Virus record (IMG/VR): IMGVR_UViG_3300008117_006295
Location: 13,132 to 77,131 of that record
Strand: one strand, 5' to 3'
From: a virus
DNA: 64,000 nucleotides
Shown here: positions 38,801 to 50,132 of the stretch, piece by piece
Numbering within the stretch: position 1 is the first letter of the stretch
Layout: every line of letters starts with the position of its first letter
Translations under genes and position numbers: made by a program
Notes under the pieces: generated by a model
What the model saw: the letters and a program-made list of their open reading frames with translations, nothing else
The model's database searches: none
Told to the model about the DNA's origin: nothing

Positions 38801-41800
38801 TTAACCTATTTTATAAGCATTTCCTAAATTATCTATTAAAATATTTCCAATAATATTATCAAAGCTGCTAGAAAAACTAGTCATATGATTATTACATAAT
38901 TTAGTTATATAATACACATAAGCTGGTTCACCTATAAGATGACCACGGAGTACATTTAATTCGCCAAAATTTGTTATTATAATACTATCAAAATTAGAAT
39001 TTTTAATTGATAGTCCACTAGCCATCAAAATATCAGTATTAAGATAATGGTTAAATTTAAAAGAATCAAAACTTATTTCTTCTGGAGCTGTATAGGCAGA
39101 TGTATTAAGCTCGAAGCTATAATCTATATCACTACCTGAAATACTAGTCATAGAATAACTTTCATATGAATGCCCATTAATCATACCGATACTATTTAAA
39201 TATAATGAGTTACCGCACGGAGATGCTGTCCTAGATCCTACCGCTCCATCTGCACCAGTAGGGATACTAATGGTGTAGTTCATACCACTAGTAACTAATA
39301 CTGGAAATGGATTATGTCCAGTTATTTCTAATGTTAAATCACCAGATGCTATTATCTCTCCTTGTAAACAACATGTTGTATCTTGATATATTATTTGTGG
39401 TATTATCTTTTGTTTAACACATTGTATATCCTCTAGATTAATCGTTGGAATATTTTTGATAGTATATATATTATTTATACTAGCATTACCATAATATAAA
39501 GCATAATTAATATTATCGATTGGAAATATATTGATAGATTTATTTATAATAGCAGTAAAAGATCCTGTGGGACTGGTATAAGTTATTTCTGCTAGATTAT
39601 ATTTTGTTTCTTCTAATAAATATATTTGATCCTGCATATATCCTTGATTATTAATAAATAATTTATCTTTATTATCTATTTTTATTATTCTACCAGGAAA
39701 TACTTTATCGGGAACGCTATCTTCTATAGCTGATGATACAATGCCAAGATCTAGAGCAATTTCATTATATGTAGTATATAGTGGTTCTTCTATAACTGAT
39801 CTTATTCCTCCTGTTGGCGGAGGCCATACATATGAATTACCAAAAATATAGTCATTAATATTGGGATCGCTAGTATATCCTAGTGATGTAGTATAATTTA
39901 CATAAGTGATACTAGTATTATAGTCTATTCCAGAAATTATAGTATTATTAGGATCTGCATTATCATCAGCAAATAATAAACTTAATGATTGAACAGGTAT
40001 TATTAATGAGTGAGAAGTATTTTTTATTGGTAAATCTGGAGGACTAATATATCTATTTATAATACGATCATAATTAGTATTTGTATCATAATTTATATAG
40101 TCACTAGAAGGAGAACTATTAGTCAATACAAAATCACTAGTAATACTATAAGATTTACCTAATGGATATGTTGTTAATTGATCAATTATATAAACATGAT
40201 TATTTGTATCAACTCCTAAATAATTTATGATATTACCATTATCAGCAGCGATTTTTGATTCTTCATTATCAAAAATTATATCTCCAGAAACAAAAATATT
40301 GTTTTCTGAGCATCCTACTCTAATAGGATAATCAAAACCCTGACTTAGAATAACTCCTGTAGGCTCAATGCTATACTTATTATTGGAAATAATATTACCA
40401 GAATTGACTATAATAAAACCAAATGGACCATCTGTTGGGACCAATTCAGCAATCGCTCCATCTCCATAACCATTACCAGGAAAATAAATTTTAGCTATCT
40501 CTTTTTTAGACATTGGAAAAATATAACTATAATTTGTAAAATCTTCTTTAAACATAGTATCAGAATCAATTTTGCTATAATATATAGAATTTAAATAGCC
40601 CGAAACCTCAATTTCGGCAGCGGTAGGAAATGGAGGAGAAGAATTTCCATCTATAGTTGTTGTTGTAGATTCTGTAATGCCACCAGGACCAGGCCTATTT
40701 TCAAAATAAGATTTAGTTGTTATATTACCTCTTTTAATTGTTTGACCAACAAGCGTTATGTCATTATTAATGAAACTAGCTCCTTCTGTTTTAAAATTAC
40801 CAGCTCCACTTTCACCATCATCGAACATACCAGTAGTATTGACCGTAGAGACCTCTATCCATGGTGCATCGACTAAAGTTTGATTTATAATAGATCCTCG
40901 ATAATATCTAGTAGATGATTCATTATCCCCTTTTACTGTTAAATCATAAAAGGGTAAAGAAGGATTATATATGCCCTCTTCATAATTATCTAATCTAGAA
41001 ATATATTTAGCCCCGTGAATAGGATAAGGTACTGTACTAAAATAACTAGATAGATCATTATCAGTAGAATAATTTGATGTAAACCCTTCTCTGGTATAAT
41101 TATCTGTAGTAACAGATTTTGTTCCTGTTATACAATTCCCGGCTAATGATCTGCTACTACTATAGGTTACTTGTTTACTGGCACTAACTCCACTTGAAGA
41201 GATACTTATACTTTTAGTTACAGTAAAACTTAATGGATTATTGCCAACGAGTGTTCTGGGTAAAGTTACAACAGAATCTTCATCTACTATACCATCTCTT
41301 TCAATGTATCCCTGGCCCTCTGCATATACTTTTACTCTTCCAGCATTAATATAATCATCATAGACTCCCCATGCGGTAAGATATTCTCCTAGAATAGCAT
41401 TACAATCAAAATCCATAAAGCCACCACCCGCTGATGGAAAATCTCCAATACGAAAATAATAATAATAAGTTTCTCCATCTTCTGGAGGAGGATCTATTTC
41501 CCAAGATATTCCAAAAGTAATAACGTCTCTTATATTTAATGGAGCATGTCTAAAATAGATTTCTGATCCTGCGATTTGAGATAAAATATTCTCTTCTGGT
41601 GGAGGAAGAGCATTATTGAATTTTGTTATACCGTATATATTTTCTGGAAAAGATTGTGAAACTATAATATTAAAATTCGATCCATAGATATTTTCTATAC
41701 TACGATATAATTGATGATAATTAATACTTTTACAAATATTATCTAATGTAAAAATTGTTTTATCACTAAATTCTTCATTGGTTAAAGGATCGGACGATAA

Positions 41801-44440
41801 AGTATCAGTTCCTGGACCATGAATTTGCATCTCAATAAAATCTGGACTGTTTTTTACGCCAGAGAGAGTAGATAAAAAAGATTCTTTAAATTTAACACAT
41901 CCGCTTCTTTCTGGAACCACCATTGTATAATTATCTAAAAGATATTTTTGGCGTATACCAGAAATATTGGTAATATGATTAATAGGTATAGGTATTCCGC
42001 TATATGTAGTTGCTCCAGAAAAACCAGGATTTGAATATGCAAAATCTAATGCATATAATGGTTTATCAAATTCTATATAATCAATATCTGAAGCATTTAA
42101 ATTAATATCTGCTATTTTCCATTGTTTAAATCTTGATTTGTCTATAATACTAGTTGCGCTAGGAGTTATTGTTGAAGTAGGAGTTTGACTTAATGTTGGA
42201 GTTGCAGTAATAGATGATGTGGGAGTTTGTGTTTTTGTAACTGTAATTGTTGGAGTATTTGTGCTAGTACGGCTATTTGTTGGAGTTTGAGTGTTAGTTG
42301 GAGTTGGTGTTGCGGGGGTTGGGCTTAATGTTGGTGTTTTGGTATGCGTAGGCGTAGTAGATTGTGTTAATGTACAAGTGGGAGTAAATGTTGATGTTGG
42401 TGTTGGAGTATTCGCTATACTGGCAGGAGAAGACGAAGGTTCTGGAGTAGTAGTAGGTGTAGGAGTTGCTGTATTATAGTTATTTGGAAGATATCTTGTT
42501 ACATTGGGGGCAGGAGATTTGCTAGGAGTAGGCGAAGCTGTATTTGTTGTTGTAGGAGTTAAGGTTGGAGAAGCAGTTAGGCTCGCCGTTGCCGTTGGCG
42601 TAAAAGACTGTGTTGTTGTTGGTGTTGGAGTCTTAGTTTTAGTTACAGTAATTGTTGGTGTAAACGATGGAGTTGCTGTTGACGATGGAGTTAAACTTTT
42701 AGTTGGAGTACATGTTGGTGTAATAGTAGGGGTTTGCGTACGAGTAGGAGTAATACTTGGTGTTGTAAATGGAGGAATAGACGATGTCACACTTGGAGTT
42801 GGTGTAACGAACATAGGTATACCATGTACTAATAAATCGTCATCAGCTGCTTGTAAAAGTAGTTGTAATTTAGAAGACGCTGTTCCTGCATGAGTATATC
42901 CTGTTCCAGATTCTGCTATTTTTATACTTGAAACCTTACCTCTAATTTCACATACCGCATATGCTCCACTACCAGGACCAGGTTCTACAATAAAAGTTTC
43001 ACCATTTATTTCTACTGTTTCTAATGGTTCTGGAGAAATTATTATATTAGGTGGTTTTTTCCATAATACAGGATTATTCTCCATATAAATCTCTAAAACA
43101 CCAGAAGATTCAGGATTTAATACGGCAATAGGTATTGGTATTTCTTCAAAATTAATTATTTCTCCACCAGCCGGTTGTAGTGCGACTACTGGAGCAGAAA
43201 TATATCCTGTTCCAGGGAGTATAACTCTTATCCAATCAATTGATCCACTCCATGCAACGTCAAATTCTGCATCAACACCTTCTTCATCATGATAGTATTT
43301 TGTATTGTTTTCTCTAATAAAATTATGATTATAATGATAAAATCCATCAGAATCTTTAGAAGTATTATTTACATTAAAAAGACTTGGTTTATAATATTTT
43401 AGATAAATATTCGGTTCTCTACTAAATTCCAAAATATCTAGAAATGTTGGCGGTCTACCATTTTTTTTAAAAAAAGTATCATATGTGTCAAACCATGTAT
43501 AAGTATTACCCGGTATATTTTCCCATGGTTCTTCTTTTGGATTTGGTAGATCAACTAAAGAAAATGATTTTATACTAGTATTTAATCTTGCCCTAACCGC
43601 TTCTGTGTCAGGATTATATCTATAGTTTTCTGGATAAGAATAAAATCCAGAATCTGCCAAACAGTCCATTTGTAAATGTATTTTATTTGGAACACAATAT
43701 AGATCATATGTATGAGAATCTATAAATTTAGTACCACTTGGTCTTGGTGTGCCATCTGTAGTTCCGTCATTAACTATAAGAATATTACTATCTGGTATAT
43801 CTAAAATTTTAAATCCTAATCCATTAAAAATTATATCATCTCCAATTCTAGGAATATATTCTACTTCTTCTAATGATTCATATATAATTTCGTTATATAT
43901 TTTATATTCACCATTTCTATTGTAATAACTACCAGTTATTCCACTAGGTGGTATAGTTCCAATTCTTACAATTATTGGCGATCTATTACTAGATAAACAT
44001 GCACCATATCTATTTTCTATTATTGGAAAAGTATTTTGGTTATTAATTGCAATTGCACCATTATATAAATCAACACCAAAAGTATTATTCATAGTCCATA
44101 TTGAGCCATCACTTTTCATCAATAATTCTATATTATTATCTCCTGTTGGTGCAATAATTACTTTTAACCAATCAGTATTTCTATCTATTTGACAATAATT
44201 ATTATATATTGGTAAATTTAAATTAAAATTACCCGCACCAACTTTTCCATTTATAGACCACAGAGTACCGCTCGTGCTAATTGCAAAATAATTACCAATA
44301 CTTTGCCATTCTTGAATTTCACACTTTACTGGATTTAATGATCCATCTAAATGATAATATCTTGGACTATAAGTAGGATCACATCCTTGTGATAGATTAG
44401 TATAATTATTGTTATTACAACAATATTGCCAAAAACTCAT
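38801..44440 (-). CDS. Giant tail/baseplate protein with RCC1-like N-terminal segment and Thr/Pro mucin-like tract
   Basis: TAATG coupling sets the start at 44440 (MSFWQYCC); STSGTLWS and KSDGSIWT resemble RCC1 repeats; T/P tract at about 42149-42805. Confidence 0.75.
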   Translation of the reverse strand: MSFWQYCCNNNNYTNLSQGCDPTYSPRYYHLDGSLNPVKCEIQEWQSIGNYFAISTSGTLWSINGKVGAGNFNLNLPIYNNYCQIDRNTDWLKVIIAPTGDNNIELLMKSDGSIWTMNNTFGVDLYNGAIAINNQNTFPIIENRYGACLSSNRSPIIVRIGTIPPSGITGSYYNRNGEYKIYNEIIYESLEEVEYIPRIGDDIIFNGLGFKILDIPDSNILIVNDGTTDGTPRPSGTKFIDSHTYDLYCVPNKIHLQMDCLADSGFYSYPENYRYNPDTEAVRARLNTSIKSFSLVDLPNPKEEPWENIPGNTYTWFDTYDTFFKKNGRPPTFLDILEFSREPNIYLKYYKPSLFNVNNTSKDSDGFYHYNHNFIRENNTKYYHDEEGVDAEFDVAWSGSIDWIRVILPGTGYISAPVVALQPAGGEIINFEEIPIPIAVLNPESSGVLEIYMENNPVLWKKPPNIIISPEPLETVEINGETFIVEPGPGSGAYAVCEIRGKVSSIKIAESGTGYTHAGTASSKLQLLLQAADDDLLVHGIPMFVTPTPSVTSSIPPFTTPSITPTRTQTPTITPTCTPTKSLTPSSTATPSFTPTITVTKTKTPTPTTTQSFTPTATASLTASPTLTPTTTNTASPTPSKSPAPNVTRYLPNNYNTATPTPTTTPEPSSSPASIANTPTPTSTFTPTCTLTQSTTPTHTKTPTLSPTPATPTPTNTQTPTNSRTSTNTPTITVTKTQTPTSSITATPTLSQTPTSTITPSATSIIDKSRFKQWKIADINLNASDIDYIEFDKPLYALDFAYSNPGFSGATTYSGIPIPINHITNISGIRQKYLLDNYTMVVPERSGCVKFKESFLSTLSGVKNSPDFIEMQIHGPGTDTLSSDPLTNEEFSDKTIFTLDNICKSINYHQLYRSIENIYGSNFNIIVSQSFPENIYGITKFNNALPPPEENILSQIAGSEIYFRHAPLNIRDVITFGISWEIDPPPEDGETYYYYFRIGDFPSAGGGFMDFDCNAILGEYLTAWGVYDDYINAGRVKVYAEGQGYIERDGIVDEDSVVTLPRTLVGNNPLSFTVTKSISISSSGVSASKQVTYSSSRSLAGNCITGTKSVTTDNYTREGFTSNYSTDNDLSSYFSTVPYPIHGAKYISRLDNYEEGIYNPSLPFYDLTVKGDNESSTRYYRGSIINQTLVDAPWIEVSTVNTTGMFDDGESGAGNFKTEGASFINNDITLVGQTIKRGNITTKSYFENRPGPGGITESTTTTIDGNSSPPFPTAAEIEVSGYLNSIYYSKIDSDTMFKEDFTNYSYIFPMSKKEIAKIYFPGNGYGDGAIAELVPTDGPFGFIIVNSGNIISNNKYSIEPTGVILSQGFDYPIRVGCSENNIFVSGDIIFDNEESKIAADNGNIINYLGVDTNNHVYIIDQLTTYPLGKSYSITSDFVLTNSSPSSDYINYDTNTNYDRIINRYISPPDLPIKNTSHSLIIPVQSLSLLFADDNADPNNTIISGIDYNTSITYVNYTTSLGYTSDPNINDYIFGNSYVWPPPTGGIRSVIEEPLYTTYNEIALDLGIVSSAIEDSVPDKVFPGRIIKIDNKDKLFINNQGYMQDQIYLLEETKYNLAEITYTSPTGSFTAIINKSINIFPIDNINYALYYGNASINNIYTIKNIPTINLEDIQCVKQKIIPQIIYQDTTCCLQGEIIASGDLTLEITGHNPFPVLVTSGMNYTISIPTGADGAVGSRTASPCGNSLYLNSIGMINGHSYESYSMTSISGSDIDYSFELNTSAYTAPEEISFDSFKFNHYLNTDILMASGLSIKNSNFDSIIITNFGELNVLRGHLIGEPAYVYYITKLCNNHMTSFSSSFDNIIGNILIDNLGNAYKIG
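42149..42805 (-). repeat. Degenerate (T/S)-P-T repeat tract (coding)
   Basis: About 220 aa of TPTPSVTSS...TPTSTITPSATS sequence. Confidence 0.85.
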
Positions 44441-46590
44441 TATAAACACTCCGCTGAAATTAATTCATAAATATTTCCACCAAAATTAGATATATAACAT
44501 ACATTCTGCTCACCAGAAATAGTATCTGGTTGAATATCTTTTAACTTATTTATAACGCTAACTGTAGTATTAAATTGAACTAATGTAACTTCTTTGCTAG
44601 AATTTTTATCCCAAGAGCCACTATATAAGCCTTTCATCATTGATGATGATCCAGCTGAGTTTAAAGCTATATATTTATTTGTAAATGTATCATAATATGC
44701 ATAAACTAAAGAATCTTTAGGTATTAATCCTCCAATTTTATCAATAATTTCAATTTTTGCATTACCAGAAGTTTCTGTGGTTTGAGCAGTTTGACCATTT
44801 TTATCATAAATATCATCAGAATATTGAGTTATACTTTCACTATGTTCTGTAACTATAAATCCGGATGATGAAGAGAATGGTACTAATGTATTTTCTATTT
44901 TTGCGACAACTACTTTATATGGCTGAGGACTTACCCAAACACCTCTATCGTTATCAAATCTTAAGTCTACAGGACCAACAGGCCATGTTGATGGAGAAGA
45001 TAACCAATTGTGTGGAAATCTATCAGTATTGTCTCCTTCATTTGGAATAGGTTTTCCATTTGTATCATATCCCCAAGATTGTAATACTAATGGGCCTCTC
45101 AACCCCAAAAATCTATAATCGTCTGAATATCTATTAGGATCTTCTTTTCCATAAAAATTAGTAATAAGACCACTTTCTGGAACAGTTTCTTCTCTTCCGA
45201 CCAAGTCTAATGAATGACCATCTCCCGATCCAGAATGATGATGTTCTCCGCTACCAAAAGGATTTGTTAATGGATTAAGATAAAATTGAGTTATATCTAG
45301 ATTATATAACATTTCTCCACTTACTGAACATGGTGGATTAGGATGATTTGAAGAACTCAATAAATCTTTTTTAGTAAATTTGGTAAAAGAAGGTAATCCT
45401 CCGTCTCCATTTAATGAAATAGGTGTGAAAAAAGCATCAAGACCCATGTATGCTTTATTGCCATAATTTTCCATCATTTCTACTGCTGTTTTGGCTAAAG
45501 TACTAGTTCCAACAATAACTCTTTCAACATTTGCAGTAGCATTTAAATCATACCCACCAACTAATATTCTTTGCAATGAAGCTTTTGCAGAATTAGGTTT
45601 ATTTTCTTCTCCTGATACTCGTCTATTACTATTATTAAATTTTTTGATTTGACGATTAATTTTACCTTGAGTAATTTGATTATTTCTTAAAAATCTTAGT
45701 TGTTCTGTTCTATATTTTGCAATCATCTTAAATCGCTCAATATACTGTCTTGTTAGTCCTCCAAATTTTGGAGTAAATGTTCTAAAGTCATATGATGTTG
45801 TTATTCCATTTGAACCAAAAGAAACTGATACGCCAGTTAAATTTGGACCGGTTGCACCAAATATCTGACCAAAACCATATTGCGGCAAACCAGGAACTGT
45901 TACTCCTCCGGTTTCACCATATAACAAGCCAATATTGGCGGATTGGGCTATAGCATTTCCTGCTTCTATCATGTATGCAGTTGATCCAAAAACCCATGGA
46001 GCTAAATCTTGATTAACTTCAACTCCTATACCACCAGAACTTGTATGGAAATTAGTAGATGCAAATGGACCATATGTCCTGATATTACTTTTCATTGGTA
46101 TAACAGCTGCTGCTGGTAAAACAGCTGCTGGTTGACCACCTTTATCATTAATTGATGCGGCATCCACAGACGATGAAGCGTTTGACATTATATTATCAGC
46201 AGAACATACACTTTGGGCTTTAACTGAAGATGTATCTTGTAGGCTTGATGTAGACGATTGACTAGGAGGAGATGATCCAGACGATTCCCCATCTCCACCA
46301 TTTGCTACGAATGCAGTAGCATTAAGAGCTTGAGCTGTCATTAGTAAGGTTGGATTAAAAACATTTTGGTTAGCAGGACATAATGAAGCAAAACACCCAT
46401 CGCTAAATTTTATAACAACACCCGGTATTAAACTACTACTGGTAGTATTACTATCTGCTAAAAAATAGATTTTTTCCTCAACATCAGCTTTTAACCATGC
46501 TCTACCATTGCTACTAACATCATCAGCCAATATTTCTGACTCAGAAATTTTACTAAAATCTAACTTAGCACTACAGGATGTTCCAGCCAT
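44440..46590 (-). CDS. Tail-associated structural protein
   Basis: 716-aa ORF in the tail operon; AGGAGA RBS. Confidence 0.7.
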   Translation of the reverse strand: MAGTSCSAKLDFSKISESEILADDVSSNGRAWLKADVEEKIYFLADSNTTSSSLIPGVVIKFSDGCFASLCPANQNVFNPTLLMTAQALNATAFVANGGDGESSGSSPPSQSSTSSLQDTSSVKAQSVCSADNIMSNASSSVDAASINDKGGQPAAVLPAAAVIPMKSNIRTYGPFASTNFHTSSGGIGVEVNQDLAPWVFGSTAYMIEAGNAIAQSANIGLLYGETGGVTVPGLPQYGFGQIFGATGPNLTGVSVSFGSNGITTSYDFRTFTPKFGGLTRQYIERFKMIAKYRTEQLRFLRNNQITQGKINRQIKKFNNSNRRVSGEENKPNSAKASLQRILVGGYDLNATANVERVIVGTSTLAKTAVEMMENYGNKAYMGLDAFFTPISLNGDGGLPSFTKFTKKDLLSSSNHPNPPCSVSGEMLYNLDITQFYLNPLTNPFGSGEHHHSGSGDGHSLDLVGREETVPESGLITNFYGKEDPNRYSDDYRFLGLRGPLVLQSWGYDTNGKPIPNEGDNTDRFPHNWLSSPSTWPVGPVDLRFDNDRGVWVSPQPYKVVVAKIENTLVPFSSSSGFIVTEHSESITQYSDDIYDKNGQTAQTTETSGNAKIEIIDKIGGLIPKDSLVYAYYDTFTNKYIALNSAGSSSMMKGLYSGSWDKNSSKEVTLVQFNTTVSVINKLKDIQPDTISGEQNVCYISNFGGNIYELISAECL

Positions 46591-46602
46591 ATTATCTCCT
46601 TA

Positions 46603-48204
46603 TTATTCTACTAAATCACTAATTGTAGGATTTTGTATACCTATATTTGAACCTTCATCTGGACTAGTTCCAATACCATCTATATTAAATTCTGCAAATG
46701 CGCCTATTCTATTATCTTCTTGTCTAAAAAATGTTAGTGCAGGATCTGTGAGTCCTAGCACCCTAGTGCCTTCATCTACCCAGCCTCCAGCGTTTGTTGG
46801 AATATCGCTAAATATTAATTGTGAATAATTTTGTCCATCTGTTGATCGATTATAACATATTGTTTGATTAATATTAGCAATATATTGTTTACCATAGTAA
46901 GTATCTCCTAAATTTTGCACAAAGGCATGTATCTTCTTTAGATCTTCTGTTATATTATACTTATTAACATAAATATCTCTGCTTTTTGGATTATTAACAG
47001 AATCAGCAGCAGATAATGAAGCATCAAGAGCGGTAGCTGCATTTGCTAAAGTATTTAATGAATTGTCTAAGTTAGCAACACCCTGAGGATGCATCTCTCT
47101 TATTGCTGCGTTTAATGTGCCAGGAGTTGATGAATTAAAAGCGCGATCTTTCCAGAGTTCGTAAGATGACATGGCCGCTCTTATGTCCATTTCAGAAATT
47201 GTGTATGGCCCATTACTTGCAAAAGGCATATTTAAAGAACAGTTTAATGTATGTACTCTTTTTGCTATCCAAAAACCGACGCAGTTATCTCTGGCATAAG
47301 GCACTATTGGATTACCATTTAATTCATCTTCTCCAAAAAAGAAATCAAATTTATCAACATAAGTTAGATAGTGTTGTTGTTCTCCAAAAATTAAACTTCG
47401 TGTTTTATCATTTCTTATTTCTTGACCATAACTTAAATCAGTAGCTGATCCATTAAAAGCATTAATTATATAATTAAAACTTGTTGGTTGTTGATTAAGC
47501 GTTACAGTATTTATACTGATGACATTTTCATTATTCATTGTTATAAAAAAATCTAGTCCAAGAACATCGCAAACATCGCTGATAAGTTGTAGTATACTAA
47601 TACTAGGGCCTGGGACTCTATAGTATTCTGGAAGTCCTGTTGGAAAACTAGTAAAATTAATAGTAAATTCATAATTTGTTGGAGAATAAATAGTTGGATT
47701 CATTAACTTTAATCCATCTATAATTTTTTGGTATGGCATACCTCTTTCACTGGTAAAAGACGTACCGAAAACTGTACAGTCCTGATTTAAAACATTTCCT
47801 TCATAATAAGAATATATATTAAAATAATTTTTTGTTTGAATAGGTGGACCTAAATAAGAATCTACAATAACAACACAATTTTCAAGTAATGATCTTGGAT
47901 CAGAAATCTTAACATTATATACTTTACCAGAACTATTTTGAGTAACTGTCCAATTATTTAATATTCCACCAAAATCAAAAAAAGTAGACTCAGAAGCTAT
48001 TCGCGTTGTAAAATAAACAGGTTGGCCGATTGTATTTGCTCCCACTCTTGGTCCGAAATTCTGATTTGCTTCACAATCCTCAATAAGATCCAAACTTAAA
48101 GTACTTTCTTGCTGACTACCAAATCCTAAAGAACTATTAAAAGATAAAACTGTTGCTCCTAAAAAAACAATAGGTTCATTCAAAATTGGTGTTGGTAAAG
48201 TCAT
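46603..48204 (-). CDS. Tail/baseplate hub-like protein
   Basis: FLGATVLSFNSSLGF...STLSLDLIED...FGGIL...YNVKISDPR...ISILQLISDVCD; position downstream of the TMP; GGAG RBS. Confidence 0.6.
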   Translation of the reverse strand: MTLPTPILNEPIVFLGATVLSFNSSLGFGSQQESTLSLDLIEDCEANQNFGPRVGANTIGQPVYFTTRIASESTFFDFGGILNNWTVTQNSSGKVYNVKISDPRSLLENCVVIVDSYLGPPIQTKNYFNIYSYYEGNVLNQDCTVFGTSFTSERGMPYQKIIDGLKLMNPTIYSPTNYEFTINFTSFPTGLPEYYRVPGPSISILQLISDVCDVLGLDFFITMNNENVISINTVTLNQQPTSFNYIINAFNGSATDLSYGQEIRNDKTRSLIFGEQQHYLTYVDKFDFFFGEDELNGNPIVPYARDNCVGFWIAKRVHTLNCSLNMPFASNGPYTISEMDIRAAMSSYELWKDRAFNSSTPGTLNAAIREMHPQGVANLDNSLNTLANAATALDASLSAADSVNNPKSRDIYVNKYNITEDLKKIHAFVQNLGDTYYGKQYIANINQTICYNRSTDGQNYSQLIFSDIPTNAGGWVDEGTRVLGLTDPALTFFRQEDNRIGAFAEFNIDGIGTSPDEGSNIGIQNPTISDLVE

Positions 48205-48215
48205 TAATTAATCTC

Positions 48216-50132
48216 CTAAATAGAACATCCTGCATTACATATATATTCTAGACTGATAGTAAAGCTTCCATCTAATGGATTTTTAGTATATTGTTTTTGT
48301 GTTATAACAGTATTAGCGCTATTTGGTAGTGATATGGGAAAAGAACCAAGATCCTGACAAGACATACATTCTAATTGATTTAACCATTCAGCACCATCAG
48401 TAATATAATATTTACCAGTAGACGATAAGTCCACACCTCTTATTGTTATTGATACTGTTTTTGATGTTGTGGTATTGATATCCTGTATTACTGCGCATTG
48501 GCCATTATTTGGTATTGTAAAAGTAGCTATTATTGGAGTAGGATTATTTGTAGATATAGAAATTTCACTATATTTTCTTCCGCATGGATTATTTTTATTA
48601 GTATATTCAGCTGAATAACTTATTGAACCATCATAATTATGAGTAATATTAAATGATGATGGATGAGGTGGATTACTTCTAGGATCATCAGATGGAGCTG
48701 TTATTTCTAATGACGCTAAAGTAACCCCTAATAAATTTTTGAAATTAGTATTAAAATCTTTTTTACGGGCGTCTGCTGAACCATATTCATATGTTGCTGG
48801 AGTATATATTATATCTAATAATTTTTTAGCATTTTCATACTTATTAGTTAATGCATCACCAGCAGCATTATATAAGAAAAATGATCCTGTTTTAGGAAGT
48901 TCCAATGGTTTACTACTTCTAATTAATCCACCTTCAATTAAACCTTCTATATTTCCATCAATAGATATAGTATGATATTTTATTCCACTTTTATATTCTA
49001 TATTGTGTTTTTTTGAAACAGTATGTTTTGTTTCTGGTAAACTAAAATTATTAGATGTTTTATTTTTTATTAAAGCAGAATATGTTGCAGAAAAAGAGCC
49101 TTTTGATTCTGAAGCTGAACAAGTTATAGTTTCATTAAAAACCATAAAATCATCATCTCCTATCTCTTTTAATAGTCCTTCTGATCCTCCTATAGCATGA
49201 GCTGTTGTCAAATCTTTTAACATACTAGGATCGCACCCGGACGTGGCCGTTTGATTTTCTAATACTTGATTTAATAAGTTTTTAACCTGATAATATAATC
49301 TATACTGAACAAAATTTTTGGCCTGTTCCCAGGCAGGAATTAATTTACTAATACTATTTTCCTCATCTGATGCTGAACTATATGTATAAAAGTTTTTACC
49401 AGTAGCACTAATTTCATATTGTATTTCAAAAGTTGTATTATCTATATTTAGCAATTGATTTTCTTCAGTATTTTGCACTTTATTAAATGATGATTCTGAA
49501 TTAAAATTAATTGACCAATTATCATTAAAATTTTTAATTTTAAATTTATTAATATCTAATATATTAGAATAATCGCCTTTTGGGAAGGTACTATCAGATA
49601 AAAATATAGTTTCACTAAAAGATTCTTCTAAATTTGGATTAGATTGCCATGCGCCAAAGTTTCCATCAAACTTTGCGCCAATAAAATCAACACTATTAAA
49701 TTCTAATTCTGCAGTATATCTGGCATTATGATGCCAATTATTTTCACTATCATTAATATTAAAAGATCTTAATATTCCCCCTTTAGCTTTTAATATACTT
49801 TTGGTAGTACCTCCGCTAACATCTTTAACCACATGTAAAACGCTACCATTTTTACTCAGAATAGCTCTTAATTTATACATATGATCTATAACGGCACCTA
49901 TACCATTATTAGTATCGGTTGTAGTTTGAGTATTAGCATCCCAGTTTCTTAGATCCATTGCTGTTATAGTGCCATTTAATGTTATTATATATGTATATCC
50001 AATAATTGTATCATTAGAATAATTAAATTGTAAATCAATAGCGATAGTTGGAGATGGAATAACTCTACACTCTGCCAGATCTTTTTGTCCATAAAAAACT
50101 TTAATATCTGGTGCATATTTTATTGTAGGCAT
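48216..50132 (-). CDS. Tail protein, paralog of 50120..51913
   Basis: Shares SNDT/SIIGY.Y.I.LNG, KIK.FNDNW, LIPAWE.AK and G..EGG blocks with its neighbour. Confidence 0.75.
   Translation of the reverse strand: MPTIKYAPDIKVFYGQKDLAECRVIPSPTIAIDLQFNYSNDTIIGYTYIITLNGTITAMDLRNWDANTQTTTDTNNGIGAVIDHMYKLRAILSKNGSVLHVVKDVSGGTTKSILKAKGGILRSFNINDSENNWHHNARYTAELEFNSVDFIGAKFDGNFGAWQSNPNLEESFSETIFLSDSTFPKGDYSNILDINKFKIKNFNDNWSINFNSESSFNKVQNTEENQLLNIDNTTFEIQYEISATGKNFYTYSSASDEENSISKLIPAWEQAKNFVQYRLYYQVKNLLNQVLENQTATSGCDPSMLKDLTTAHAIGGSEGLLKEIGDDDFMVFNETITCSASESKGSFSATYSALIKNKTSNNFSLPETKHTVSKKHNIEYKSGIKYHTISIDGNIEGLIEGGLIRSSKPLELPKTGSFFLYNAAGDALTNKYENAKKLLDIIYTPATYEYGSADARKKDFNTNFKNLLGVTLASLEITAPSDDPRSNPPHPSSFNITHNYDGSISYSAEYTNKNNPCGRKYSEISISTNNPTPIIATFTIPNNGQCAVIQDINTTTSKTVSITIRGVDLSSTGKYYITDGAEWLNQLECMSCQDLGSFPISLPNSANTVITQKQYTKNPLDGSFTISLEYICNAGCSI

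Noticed and set aside
42291-42893. Val/Gly-rich + strand ORFs
   Set aside because: Antisense shadows of the Thr/Pro tract.
46590-46603. Frameshift or readthrough joining the 533-aa and 716-aa tail ORFs
   Set aside because: Tandem TAA TAA stops followed by an AGGAGA RBS and ATG indicate two separately translated genes.
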